NCBI RefSeq assembly: GCF_033153115.1
Contig: NW_026889824.1
Location: 3,100,001 to 3,164,000, forward strand
Length of the DNA stretch: 64,000 nt
Source: Saccostrea echinata
Taxonomy: Eukaryota
Direction: 5' to 3'
Of the stretch, positions 40,351 through 52,193 are shown one piece after another. A model generated the notes under the pieces. It did not search any database and was not told where the DNA came from. It saw only the letters and a program-made list of their open reading frames with translations. How positions within the stretch are numbered: the first letter of the stretch is position 1; the number at the start of each line of letters is the position of its first letter. A program made the translations under genes and the position numbers.

Positions 40351-40940
40351 AAACAAGATGAGTTTATGAAACACTGATGCCCCTGTATGGCAGCTTATGG
40401 CAAAGGTTGAAGTTTCTCAAATGCAAGTCAAACTCCAATGTCAAGGTTAGGAGATAAAAAAAAGTTGTTACCAAAAGAAAGGTCTTGTCTTAAGGATTAT
40501 AACCGTGAAATATGAAAACCCTTGATGAGTTGATAAGTTAAGGCGAAGGTTGAAGATTTTTGGAAAGAAAGTCAAACATCAAGGTAAAATGGTCAAAATT
40601 AGCTGTGCCAAAAGGAAGATGATGTCGCAAGAAATACGTATGTGAAATAAGAAAGCCATAGCACCAACCATCCAAAAGTTATGGACAAGGTTGAAGTTTT
40701 TCAAAAGTATGTCAAACTCAAAGGTCAAGGACAAAAGATCAAAACTGTGGGCACTTAAGGGAAGGTCTTGTAAAAAAAATACACATTTGAAATATGAAAG
40801 CACTTGCACCAACCATTCAAAAGTGGTGGACAATGTAAAAAAAAGTTTTTATAAAAATGGTCAAACTCCAATGTCAAGGTCAAAGAGTCATAATTGTTGG
40901 TACCCAAAGAGAGGTCATGTCAAAAAGGTCTTATGCTAAG
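40351..40940. mobile_element. Degenerate Helentron/HINE-type fragment with internal tandem units
   Basis: Begins aaacaagatgagtttatgaaacactgatgcccc; repeated gtcaaactc.a.(t/g)gtcaagg units at ~145-bp spacing. Confidence 0.5.
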
Positions 40941-41476
40941 TTTTAAAAGTGGGCTTAAAACGATTAGTACTGCCAAATCACTTATTTGAGATATCAGTGT
41001 TCGAGATAACAAAGTCCAACTGTATATATATGTCTTTCAAATATTATTACGTAATACATTGTGTACACAAATTGTTTATCTTGACAGACGCACTTCTATG
41101 CACTATTGTAAATGCTTGACTCGATGAAAAATACATCAATGCAGTAGGCAACGGTCTGCTTCATGGAAACTACATAATATCTCCTTTCATTCCGAAGGTA
41201 GAAGATTCGACATGTGCTACGTTTGTTTTGCAGAGTATCTTGCTATTTGCAACTTTAACTCTTTTTTTTTTTTTGCAGTTGAAGGTGCGTTATCATAATG
41301 TCAAANNNNNNNNNNNNNNNNNNNNNNNNNNNNNNNNNNNNNNNNNNNNNNNNNNNNNNNNNNNNNNNNNNNNNNNNNNNNNNNNNNNNNNNNNNNNNNN
41401 NNNNNNNNNNNNNNNNNNNNNNNNNNNNNNNNNNNNNNNNNNNNNNNNNNNNNNNNNNNNNNNNNNNNNNNNNNNN

Positions 41477-43362
41477 CTGACACAAAGCAGTCCCAGAGCA
41501 GTCCCGGGGACTGCTTTCTGGGACTGCTAAAGCAGTCCCAGAGCAGTCCCACAGCGGTCCCAGAGCAGTCCCACAGCGGTCCCAGAGCAGTCCCAGCAGT
41601 CCCAGCGGTCCCAGAAAGCAGTCCCAGCAGTCCCAGAAAGCAGTCCCAGCAGTCCCAGTGGGCGGGGTTAATTAATTTAATGGGCGGAGCTTACTCAGAA
41701 ATGAGATTACCAATAAACAATGTAACTATAAAAGGCAGTTGAAATTGATGATCCATTTCTTTCTGAGCAGTATCAATTCTCATGCGACAGTCATTTTTTA
41801 ACTGTTAAGAAAATCACACTACGCGTATAGAAACAAATAATAAATATTGAACAAACACCTATAAATAACATGAATATTTAAACACAGTTTTGTGGTATAT
41901 TAATTTTTCACCAAAATAAATCAATTTCTAAATTACTGTGATTGATATTGGTTTCCATATTTATTTATTTTTTTATTATTTTTTTTGTAGATAATTAAGC
42001 TTGAGTTATTTATTTTCTATCAAAACTAGCTTTAAATAGGCCTTATAATTATAGAGCAAGGCCGATTTCCATACTATACTCTGAATGCAGCTTTCTTAAG
42101 TACTGGAGCTTTTGAAAAATTCTTTGTGTATTATATTTCAGTCATGATTATTTTCACTGACTTGCCAATTTAATTATCGTTAAATTATCTATGTAACAGA
42201 AAACAATAATACTTTTATTATATAAACGTTTGAGTGTACATCTGTAAATCACGCGAATGGAACCCTCAGATTATGTTCAAAATTAATTAATCCCGAAATA
42301 AATTTATACACATTTATTGAAACGAAGATTTTTTGCAGTACATAGATTGAAATTAGTGTCATTGTTGACCAGCATGTTCAGTGATGTGTAACACTGATAC
42401 CCAAATAACATGCGTTGACTTTCTGCTAATCATGCCCGAAGGCGATTGAAACGTCAGGTGTTGACACCATTTTATACATTTGTATTGCTTTTTATTAATC
42501 GGCCAGGAAAACACAAACAAAACAAATAAGAAATATGTCACAATTCCCAATATTTTAAAATGTTTATAAATTTACTCCTTTAATTACTTGTTTATAAATA
42601 AAAAAAACAAATTCATAAATAAATCCCCCAATAATTGTTCACAAATATAATGTTTTAAATGACTGAAGAATGGTAGAATAATTTTATTTCATGGTCATTT
42701 AATAAATTATTAGGTTTTATTTGAGGGCGGTAAAAAATAGCATGGAATGCTCTTTTTTAGCATGCATATGGTTTTAGCTTTTTCAATTTAACCTGTATTA
42801 AAGTTTTAATTAGCATTAATTAATTAAATAGGCCTAGATATATTTGTTTTTTCAAACACCTGTATTAAAGTTTAATTTAAAGGATAAAAGTCATCTCCTG
42901 ACTTCCCTTTTAACTACTTTCATTCTTTAAAATTAATTCTAGACTACAATTGTGTAAATTTACAGCCCCTGAAGACATTTACATGTAGTAATTACATGTA
43001 TATCTATCTCTACTTATTAAAATGTTGTAAAAAAAAATCCTTGGTTTTTTTTTTATTCTTTATCTTAAACACCTCTCTGCTGAAAGTAAACAAAACAACA
43101 ACAGGGAGCCTGCAAATTCAGAATACACAAGGGGCGGAGCTATCATGTCACTCAGAACCTTTTTCATGCATGAGTGAACAAAGCAGTCCCAGAAAGCAGT
43201 CCCAGGGACTGCTGGGACTGCTGGGTCTGCTTTCTAGAGCAGTCCCAGAGCAGTCCCACAGCAGTCCCACAGCGGTCCCAGAGCAGTCCCAGAGCAGTCC
43301 CAGAGCGGTCCCAAAGCAGTCCCGGGGACTGCTTTCTGGGACTGCTTAGGTGTCAGGTTGGG
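41477..43362. mobile_element. EnSpm/CACTA-like non-autonomous element with GCAGTCCCA subterminal repeats
   Basis: Left end (after the gap) ctgacacaaagcagtcccag, right end ctgggactgcttaggtgtcaggttggg. Both ends carry many direct and inverted GCAGTCCCA units (41487-41658, 43183-43346). Superfamily call is tentative. Confidence 0.65.
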
Positions 43363-43373
43363 TCTGGTTGGTA

Positions 43374-43376
<3 letters not shown>

Positions 43377-43460
<84 letters not shown>
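43377..43460. repeat. (TA)n microsatellite
   Basis: TA run. Confidence 0.95.
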
Positions 43461-43462
<2 letters not shown>

Positions 43463-43737
43463 AAACGAATTTAAACGAATAAAATGCGAGTTCTATTTTA
43501 AGCAGCAACCCTTTCCAGGAATTACAACATTTGAAGAAACAATTAACTATATTACAATGTATGCCCTTGCAATATTGAAATTTAATTTATGACCTCCATG
43601 CAGTACACATTAAATGCATTTATCAGGAGACTGTCAAATAAAGCTTTAGAAAAAAAAATTCAGTTTAAAATGGTATCTATTTGTGCGCATCTATATTCCG
43701 TTGAATTTCTTTACAGTACGCCTTAATATTGCTGCGT

Positions 43738-44062
43738 AAGTATTTCAAAAATTCTCCAGAAACAAATTGATCAGGCTATTGAATGTTTCAAGAACAAGAA
43801 TGTTACGAGTGGAGTCATACACAACAGCTGTTAGTAAAAACTCCTCTTTCAGGTTCTGCCCACGGTAGACAGATCTCAAACAACCAAAGACAGAGACAAC
43901 CACAACCTCACCTGTATTCTCACTTATCAAGCTTACAACACAAATATCCGAGTTGCTATCCTGAAAAACTTTGTATGGCAATGTAAACAGTCTGGTTTGA
44001 CCGTCCTCCTGGAATTCATATTCGTTAATGACATCACCGGTCAGTATGAAGTGGCTCACTAT
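43738..44062 (-). pseudogene. Fragment of a B-box/NHL paralog (copy D, NHL region only)
   Basis: LTGDVINEYEFQEDGQTRLFTLPYKVFQDSNSDICVV...LRSVYRGQNLKEEF matches copies A, B and E. A matching 3'-UTR-like sequence lies at ~41175-41305. Confidence 0.85.
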
Positions 44063-46105
44063 ACATATACATTGAAGGTTGTTTACAGTGAAAAAGGAAG
44101 TATGAAGATAAAGAACAGTTATCAATCTCATAAGCCTTTTGAAACAATACAAATTGGGAGCAAAGCAAACATATGTCTTATTCTTCTCATGTATAAGTAT
44201 TTGAATAAACTCTTTATTTAGTATAAAAACAAAGGCCTTACATACATACGACCCAATGACGGGTTATATATTTGCAAATGAACCATAGAATATAGGAAAT
44301 GGTGACTTTAAAAAAAGCTGTTGAAATCCCTGTAAAGAAATTGTCATGACTAACATTAGAGATTTGGTCCCGACATTTCATTTTAATCGTTAGTTATTAA
44401 ATATTGGACATTTTCGGTTGGGTGAACTTCTACAGCTATCAGTAGCTATGGATAAAAAAGTGTGAAAAACATGCTGTGCAAAAATGAAAACTTATACAAA
44501 CAAATGATAAAATCTAATCAACCAAAACGGTTATTGGATATAAAAACTGCATTTTTAATTGTCCAAAACGAAAAGTATTCCATGAAGTATCATGTTACAT
44601 TTGCGCAGAATACCATACGCCAAAACGGTAATTCTACTAAATGATACGTGTATATCATGATGTTCTGTATATATGAACAGCAGTATTTCTGACCCCTTGA
44701 AAATAAAATAATTAATCTGGCAAGTAGGTTATAAAACTTGCGAGTAAGAATCACATGTGATGTTGAAAGCTGGGCTACGCTTTTTAATAAGTAACCTTTA
44801 CTCCGAATATTAGATACCGGGAACGTTAATTTTTCAAAATAAAGCCGACGTCGGGTAAGGGATGTTATTAGGAGTGAATTGTTATGAATGGCATAATATG
44901 AAAATCATGGTTGTATGAACCTAAAGGGCGGGCAGTGAAGCCCCATCCTTAAATAATTTTGCACTACATACTAAACTACAGAAAATAAAGCTACATTATG
45001 GTCGGTGCCCCCCCCCCCCCCCAATAAATACGTCTGATGACTTTTTTTGCGTGCAAAGGAATAGGCACATTGCATCAGGGGCCCAAGGGGCCTGCTCCCC
45101 CTCCAACATTTCCAAATATATTTTTTACGATTGAAAATGTTCATTGAACATTGTCCGGTTGCCCTCCCCCTTCCCAATTTTTGTTGTAGTGTAGTCAAAT
45201 ACGGGTAATGTCGTGGTTTATGAATAAAATTTACTAATGAAAGAAATTGGAACCTATTTTGCTTGTCAATTTTTTTCTCTGACTGCCCCCACCCTTTGAA
45301 AAACGATGCTACGTAATTTTTGCTTGGTGGTGTCCATCGAAAATGCTTGGTTGTGCCCCAAAACTGAAATAGTTCTTAAGGGCCTGGAATTTTTGGACCA
45401 ATTAAGATTTTATTAACCCAACTCAACAAATTTTATATCTTTAAAGAAGGCGAGATTGTGTGATATGTACATCATTTTTATGATATATAGTTCATGTTGT
45501 AAAGTAATTTTGTCAAATCAATATTTGACTAATAACGACAAGAAATAGTAGAAAGTGTCCTTTCAGAAAAAAAAAATTCATTTTTGGCCTTCTAAATATT
45601 TAGCATTCAAAAGCTTTCAGGGGTCTCGCCCTTAGGGGAATCTTGAGGCGCCCCTGACCCCCTGACTTATCAGCTCGGCTCACCCCACTTTAAATTCCCT
45701 ACCCACTCTTGATTGTATAACGAGCGCTCGCTCCGTGATCGGAAGGCCTTGATCGAATCACGGCCGCGTCTGACTTAAGTCGATACAAGCTAATTCAGAG
45801 AATTTTTGTCCCCCGCTTAGGGAAAAAAGAAGAGCATGCGCAGTTCGGGGGGAGGGGATCGTACCCCCCCCCCCTGGATTTGTAGAATTATTAAATGTAT
45901 ACATGTATATTGAAGAAAATAAAAAAATGCCAATATGGATATAAAAATTTGATTGCTTATTCTTTAATATGTATGTAGAAGATTCTTTTTATATAGAATA
46001 TTTATCACATTGTAATAATGATTTTATGAGTTTGTACACGCCATACATCATAACTTTTTCATTTCACATGTTGAATACTATCATTTAGTAAATAAAAAAA
46101 AACCC

Positions 46106-46177
46106 AGCATCGTCCGGGATTTGAACCCGGTACCTCTCTCTTGCTAAGCAAGAATCATACCCCTAGACCACGGAGGT
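46106..46177 (-). pseudogene. tRNA-Pro-like pseudogene with AGC anticodon
   Basis: Minus strand cctccgtGGTCTAGGGGTATGATTcttgcttAGCaagagAGAGGTaCCGGGTTCAAATCCCGGACGAtg. D and T arms are Pro-like; acceptor and anticodon stems are mismatched; an oligo-T follows. Confidence 0.7.
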
Positions 46178-46626
46178 ACTTGATTATAACAACTCCCTGT
46201 GGCCTAAGGAAGACTCCTATTGATTTTGAGGAGGTCAAAGGGTCATAGATCAAGGTCGTAAATTCATACATTCTGTCTGTGTGTAACACTTTCGTTTATT
46301 GGCGATATCTCAAGAAGCTTTTGCAGTGAAATTTTATACCATAACTCCCTATGGCTTCTCTCGCCCCTCCCAAAGTGTCCCAACCCGGTTTTTTGTTATT
46401 GTATTAAAAGTCACATGTCACTATTTTTAGCACAGGAACATGTGGAGAGTTATTACATATAATACAGGTTGTCCGCGGACTTTATATTCCAATTACATCT
46501 ACTTGAACTGTTGATTAAAGTCTAAATTAGACACCATGTGTTGTGTAAAATTTTGACAATATTGAACGGGAATATAAACACATATAGTGATCTGATGTTT
46601 GCTTTTAATTTGCTTTAAAGGCGAGC

Positions 46627-46698
46627 GCCTCGTTGGTCTAGGAGTATGATTCTTGCTAAGCATATGAGAGGTCCCCGTTTCGAATTCAAGATGATCCC
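46627..46698 (+). pseudogene. tRNA-Pro-like pseudogene with AGC anticodon
   Basis: GcCTCGTTGGTCTAGGaGTATGATTCTtGCTaAGCatatGAGAGGTCCCcGtTTCgAATtCaaGAtGAtCCC, 72 nt, followed by oligo-T; several stem mismatches. Confidence 0.7.
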
Positions 46699-46895
46699 GT
46701 TTTTTTTTTCTTTTTTTTTTTGGTTTAAGTTTTTTTATTTAATAAATGATAGTATTCNNNNNNNNNNNNNNNNNNNNNNNNNNNNNNNNNNNNNNNNNNN
46801 NNNNNNNNNNNNNNNNNNNNNNNNNNNNNNNNNNNNNNNNNNNNNNNNNNNNNNNNNNNNNNNNNNNNNNNNNNNNNNNNNNNNNNNNNNNNNNN

Positions 46896-48922
46896 ACGGT
46901 ATAGGTAGGTTATAAATTAAAATAAAATCCAAGATAAACAAACAAGTTCACATTTAATTATTACACTAAGCGCTTTCGCCGTGAGGCTCTTCAGAGTGTA
47001 ACAAAGTTTATAAAAACAATACAACTTGGTTGTTATGACGTCGTTATTGTGACGTCATAAAGGCAGCATTATATATTGGCGCAGGTAAATGTCATAAAGC
47101 GCCAAAAGTAGAGAATTGAACATATGTACATTGTGATGAAATAGACTGCTAATTTTAAGCTATAATGTTCAATTTACATTTAGTTTAGGTTTAAATAATT
47201 TAACAAAGTAATCTTCCTTGGCTCTCCGTAATTGTTCATTATTTTCTAGAACTTTATAAAATGGAAATATTAAAAAGTTTCCATTCGCACATGAATCAAA
47301 ATGTTCACTGCATGGCGTATTCCTGACAGAAGGGTCCCGTATTTGTTGTTTATGGACTCTTACGCGGTCAGCTAGTTTGTTACCGGTCTGTCCAATGTAG
47401 TTTTCCCCGCATGAAGTACAAGTCATACAGTATATTAAATTTTTAGATTTGCATGACATATTCGCATTTACGGTTAATGTTTACCACATTTAAAAGCAAA
47501 CGTCTCTCCTGTTTTTAAATAAGGACAGGTTCCACATAGGGGGTCCATACATTTGGCCACTGTGCGTATGTCTTCATTTGACGAAAATTTGGCTCTTGTA
47601 AGGAGTTTCTTCAGGTTTGGGGGTTGGCGCCGGCTACGGCTATAGATTATGCTCTTCAGGTCAATTAATTCCTTTAGATTTTGGGATTGTTGTAGAATGG
47701 GGAAACACTGTTTTACGGAATTATACATATTAAGGTTCCGGGGGTTATGTGTAACGACAAGCGGGATTTCTTTATTGTTTTCCTGGGCCACTGCTCTAGT
47801 AGAACTCCGGAGATCTGTAGTTGGTATTGACTTGGCCCTTTCAATAGCGACGTCTATTAGATCATTGGGATATTTTTGTCTAAGTAAAAAAGTTTTCAAT
47901 TCCTGTAGACGGCTGTTTCTTCTGGTTTCATCTATGACAATGGTACAAACACGTCTTGCCATATTAAAAGGTATGTTACGTTTTACGTGTGAAGGATGGC
48001 AGGAATTAAATACAAGGTATTGGTGGGAATCCGTTTTCTTGTAGTATAAATCTGTTATGATTTTACGACCCTCCTTACTTATAAGGATATCTAAAAAAGG
48101 TAGTTCCAATCCGCTTTTTTCCACCGTAAATTTAATAGACGGGTGTAGATTGTTAAGAATAGAATGAAATTCTTGTAAATCTTCATTAGATCTGTTCCAG
48201 AAAATGAAACAGTCATCTAAATATCGCTTCCAATTAAAGCGTATACATTGGGCAAACTGATTTCCAAATCTTCTGTCTGTTTCACTGATCAATTTTTCTT
48301 CTAAAAACCCAAGTACTAGGGTGGCATAGGTTGGGGCAACTTTTGTGCCCATCGCTGTTCCTTTTATTTGTAGAAAATTTCTGCTGTCAAAAACAAAATG
48401 GTTATTTTCTAATACTATTTTTAAACCTTCTAGGATAAAGTCTTTGGAAAATCTTTCATTTATTTCACTGCGGTATTTATCGATCCAAAAAGCGATTGCT
48501 TCCAGTCCAAGTGTATGAGGTATGTTAGTATAGAGGCTCGTTACATCAAAACTAACCATCTCTGTATTTATTTCAACTGTATCTGGGATGTGGCCAAGAA
48601 AATCCATATCATCCCTTACATAACTTGGTTCAAGTTGGCATAGAGGCTTTAGAAGCATATCCAACAAGTTACTAATTCTGTGCGTGGGGCATGCAGGGCC
48701 AGCTACAATTGGTCTAAGCTTTAAATCTGTTGGTCGAGGTAATTTTATATATAAAGCGTTTTTACCTTCGAGTCCGTCCTGTATTTCTTTGGATTTGTGG
48801 ATCTTTGGTAAACCATAAAAGTTACTAGATTTATTTTCGAAATTTGTTAAATAATCCACTTCTTTCACGGTTAAATTATCCGCAAATTTAGAAGTTAATT
48901 TCTTAAACTTAAACTTGTTTGT
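46896..48922 (-). mobile_element. Penelope-like retroelement (RT + GIY-YIG endonuclease), bounded by assembly gaps
   Basis: FYGLPKIHK, LRPIVAG, SFDVTSLYTNIP, GTAMGTKVAP, WKRYLDDCF, LPFLDI; Cys-rich linker CMDPLCGTC; GIY-YIG LIYCMTCTSCGENYIGQTG (47169-47459). A 1-nt frameshift near 47477 separates RT and EN. Confidence 0.93.
46961..47001 (-). ncRNA. Minimal type I hammerhead ribozyme in the Penelope-like element 3' repeat
   Basis: UUACACU-CUGAAGA-GCC-UCAC-GGC-GAAA-GCGC-UU-AGUGUAA: 7-bp stem I, intact core, 3-bp stem II, palindromic AGCGCU in place of stem III. Confidence 0.85.
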
Positions 48923-49214
48923 NNNNNNNNNNNNNNNNNNNNNNNNNNNNNNNNNNNNNNNNNNNNNNNNNNNNNNNNNNNNNNNNNNNNNNNNNNNNNN
49001 NNNNNNNNNNNNNNNNNNNNNNNNNNNNNNNNNNNNNNNNNNNNNNNNNNNNNNNNNNNNNNNNNNNNNNNNNNNNNNNNNNNNNNNNNNNNNNNNNNNN
49101 NNNNNNNNNNNNNNNNNNNNNNNNNNNNNNNNNNNNNNNNNTGCTTCAGTATACATGTATACATTTAATAATTCTACAAATCCAGAGGGGGAGGGGGGGG
49201 GGTCCGACCTGAGT

Positions 49215-50490
49215 CACCAGAGTCACTTTTTTTATATTCCTATGTAAAACTTTTATCCATATTGTGACCCAACCTTACCCCCAGTTGTCATGATTTTTAT
49301 AGATGGAGCTCATCCCTTCCCTTTCAGGGTCATGTTTTGAACATTCTTGAATCTAAACTTCAAAAGATTTTTGAAGATTTTGCCCTATATATTCCATTGT
49401 AAAACTTTGATTCTCCATTGTGGTCCCACCCATCCCCCTGGGGTCAGGATTTTACCAAACTTTAATCTACATTACCTGAGGATGCCTCTATATTAATATG
49501 ATTAATCATGGCTTTGCTGTTCTTGAGAAGATTTTTTCCTATATATTCCTATGTAAAAATTTGCTCCCCCATTTTGTACCCACCCTACCCCTGGGGATCA
49601 ATATATATCTGAACAAACTTGCACTACACTATCTAAGGATGTTTCCATATCAAAATGACTAATAATAGCTTTGCTGATTTTTTGCAATATATTCCATTGT
49701 AGAACTTTGATCTCCCATTGTGGCCCCATCCATCCCTTGGGGGTCAGGATTTGAACAAAATTTAATCTACATTATCTGAGGATGCCTTCATATTAATATG
49801 ACTAATCATGGCTTTGCTGTTCTTGTGAAGAAGATTTGTTTTTCTATATATTCCTATGTAAAACTTTGATCCCCCATTAACATGAGTCCTAAATTATATC
49901 CGCATTTTTCAGGAAAGTTAAGGTATTTTGCTTTTATTTATGCTGTTCGTCCGTTCGTTCATCTGTCATCCCCCTAAAATCCCCCACCCTACCCCCGGGG
50001 TTCATGATTTGTACAAATTTCAAACGTGAGTCTACATTACGTAAGGATTTCCTATAAGTTACAAACTTTTTGGCCCAGTGGTTCTTGAAAAGAAGATTTT
50101 TGAAGATTTTTCCTATATACATGTATTACTATGTAAACATTTGTTCCCCAAATGTGGCCCCACCCTATCCCCGGGGTCATCATTTGAACAAACTTGAATC
50201 TACACGATGTAAAGAGGATTTCCGATAAGTTTCAACTTTTTTGGCCGAGAGGTTCTTGAGAAGAAAGATTTTGAAGATTTTTAAAAGATACCACCAAATT
50301 TTCACTAATTCTTAATTATATCATCTTGTAGGAAGGTGTGGCCTCTTCATTTGAACAAATTTAAATCCCCTTCACCCAAGGATGCTTTGTGGCAAGTTTG
50401 GTTGAAATTGGTCCAGTGGTTTTAAAAAAGAATTTGAAAATGTGAAAAGCTTACAGACGGACGGACAGCTAGACGGACGACGGACAAAAT

Positions 50491-50525
<35 letters not shown>

Positions 50526-50536
50526 ATGAGCTAAAA
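49215..50536 (-). mobile_element. HINE/pearl-like element with internal tandem repeats
   Basis: Minus strand starts ttttagctcatctgagctgaaagctcaagtgagcttttctgatcac followed by a GTCC microsatellite; repeated aaactttgat..ccc..tgtggcccc units. Confidence 0.8.
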
Positions 50537-52193
50537 TGTTTATCAAAGTATCAAAATTGATGCATCATACGATTTTTTAAGTTATCTTAAAGACTCATTT
50601 TTTTTTACCGTACGGTTACATGTGGAGAGGGAATGGTCTTAGTTGTACTGGTGTTATTTATCTGGACAGCCCCAATACTCAAGATGGGAAAATACATATA
50701 CACATTGTAGTACACAGGAAATCTGTCTTTAGTAATCAGGATAAACATAACGTGTTTTTGTCTAATTTTGAGAGAAACTATTGTAAATACTTTTCATATT
50801 TTAACATAAAATTAAATAACGTTTTCATCGATATCTTTTGAAGAAAGAAAAATTATAAAGAAATATTTTCTTTTTTTAAAGAAAAAAATAAAATAGCAAG
50901 TGAAAAGTACAAAGCAATCATATCAATATATACTGTAATCGTCAGTAAAAGAAATTATCATTCAATAAGTGTAAATATTAAAATAAAGAGATTTCATTTA
51001 TCGTGTGGACAATCCGACATGTGCCATAGCCAGAATATTAATTTTTCTGGCCAACAATCGTGTCCAAGGTATTCAACAATGCAATTTCCAGAGTCCGTGT
51101 CTTTATGCCCTGTTCACAGATTTGTATTGTTTGTAGTTTTTTTTCTAAAAGATCGATCACTGTTCATTATCTTAACTATTTTCAATATACAAATATAGTA
51201 TACGTTAGAGAAAATTCGAACAATGATTGTGACATATCTTCCACCGAATGGTGTACATTGTATTTCATAATATGTTTGTCTTTAATAAAATTTTTGCTAA
51301 AAATAGAATGAAACTTCTAAATTGCAATTTAAAACAAAACCTCGAATTTCCGCTATAGTTTCGGCAAATTCTACAGTAGAGTTGTCTTGAACGTCATATC
51401 GCTTACAAGTACCAACAACGAGATTGAAAAAAATAAATCATAAAGTCAATGTTTAATCATCTACTGTCAATTTTTTTTTTTTTTGAAATATAATTACCAA
51501 ACAATATTATATGAATTTTTTTACCAGAATGTATACATACAAAGCGACTTTTCATGCGGTACATGAAAGTGTTTTACGCGTGACCATGCAAACTCAGATT
51601 ATCAGGTAGCACAGGTAGCTGGCCTGTCAATGAAATCAGTAGCTATTATTTTTTTTATTGATTGACAGGTGGTATATTATTGATCTCGAATTAGGTAAAT
51701 TTTGGGGGCGTTAACGTAAAATTGGGTGTTTAAAGAAACACATGTCAAGGTTAAAAAAAATGTTTTAACAGATATTGTACATTTTAACTTCACAAACACA
51801 AATATCATTTACAAATTAATGTTGCTTGACACATATATATTTATTTTAAAAACCACACATATATTGTTTTTTTTTTCAACACCACATATATATTGTATTT
51901 TCAAAACAAAGGTAATGTCAAACTTGCCAAATTTACATATGTACATGTAAAAAAAGGTGAAAAGAAGAAAAAATAAAAACGAGTGCATGCATCCAAGGTT
52001 GACAAATAAATGAAATTTGCTTCAAAGTCAGAGTTCCAGTTTATAATAATTTTTAGATCTACTATTTTAGCAAGCTTAGAGATTTCATTTTTTTCCTTCC
52101 ATCTTTTATAGAAGAATAGGATGTAGTTAGTTAAATGAAGGAATCCTACTGAAGAAAACAATTGGAGATCGAGAATATGAACACGAATTCACA

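Larger units (their letters stand above)
45835..49209. mobile_element. Foldback/long-TIR element with tRNA-derived sequences in both arms, interrupted by a Penelope-like element and gaps
   Basis: 45860-45918 is the reverse complement of 49142-49209; 46073-46177 is inverted relative to 46627-46757. Confidence 0.6.

Noticed and set aside
41228-41552. ORFs containing X runs (also 46646-46941 and 48895-49247)
   Set aside because: Artefacts of N gaps at 41306-41476, 46758-46895 and 48923-49141.
46106-46698. Functional tRNA genes
   Set aside because: Acceptor, anticodon or T stems are mispaired in both copies; listed as pseudogenes.
47460-47485. Programmed frameshift between RT and GIY-YIG
   Set aside because: Penelope-like elements normally encode one ORF and no slippery heptamer is evident. 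A 1-nt deletion or sequencing error suffices.
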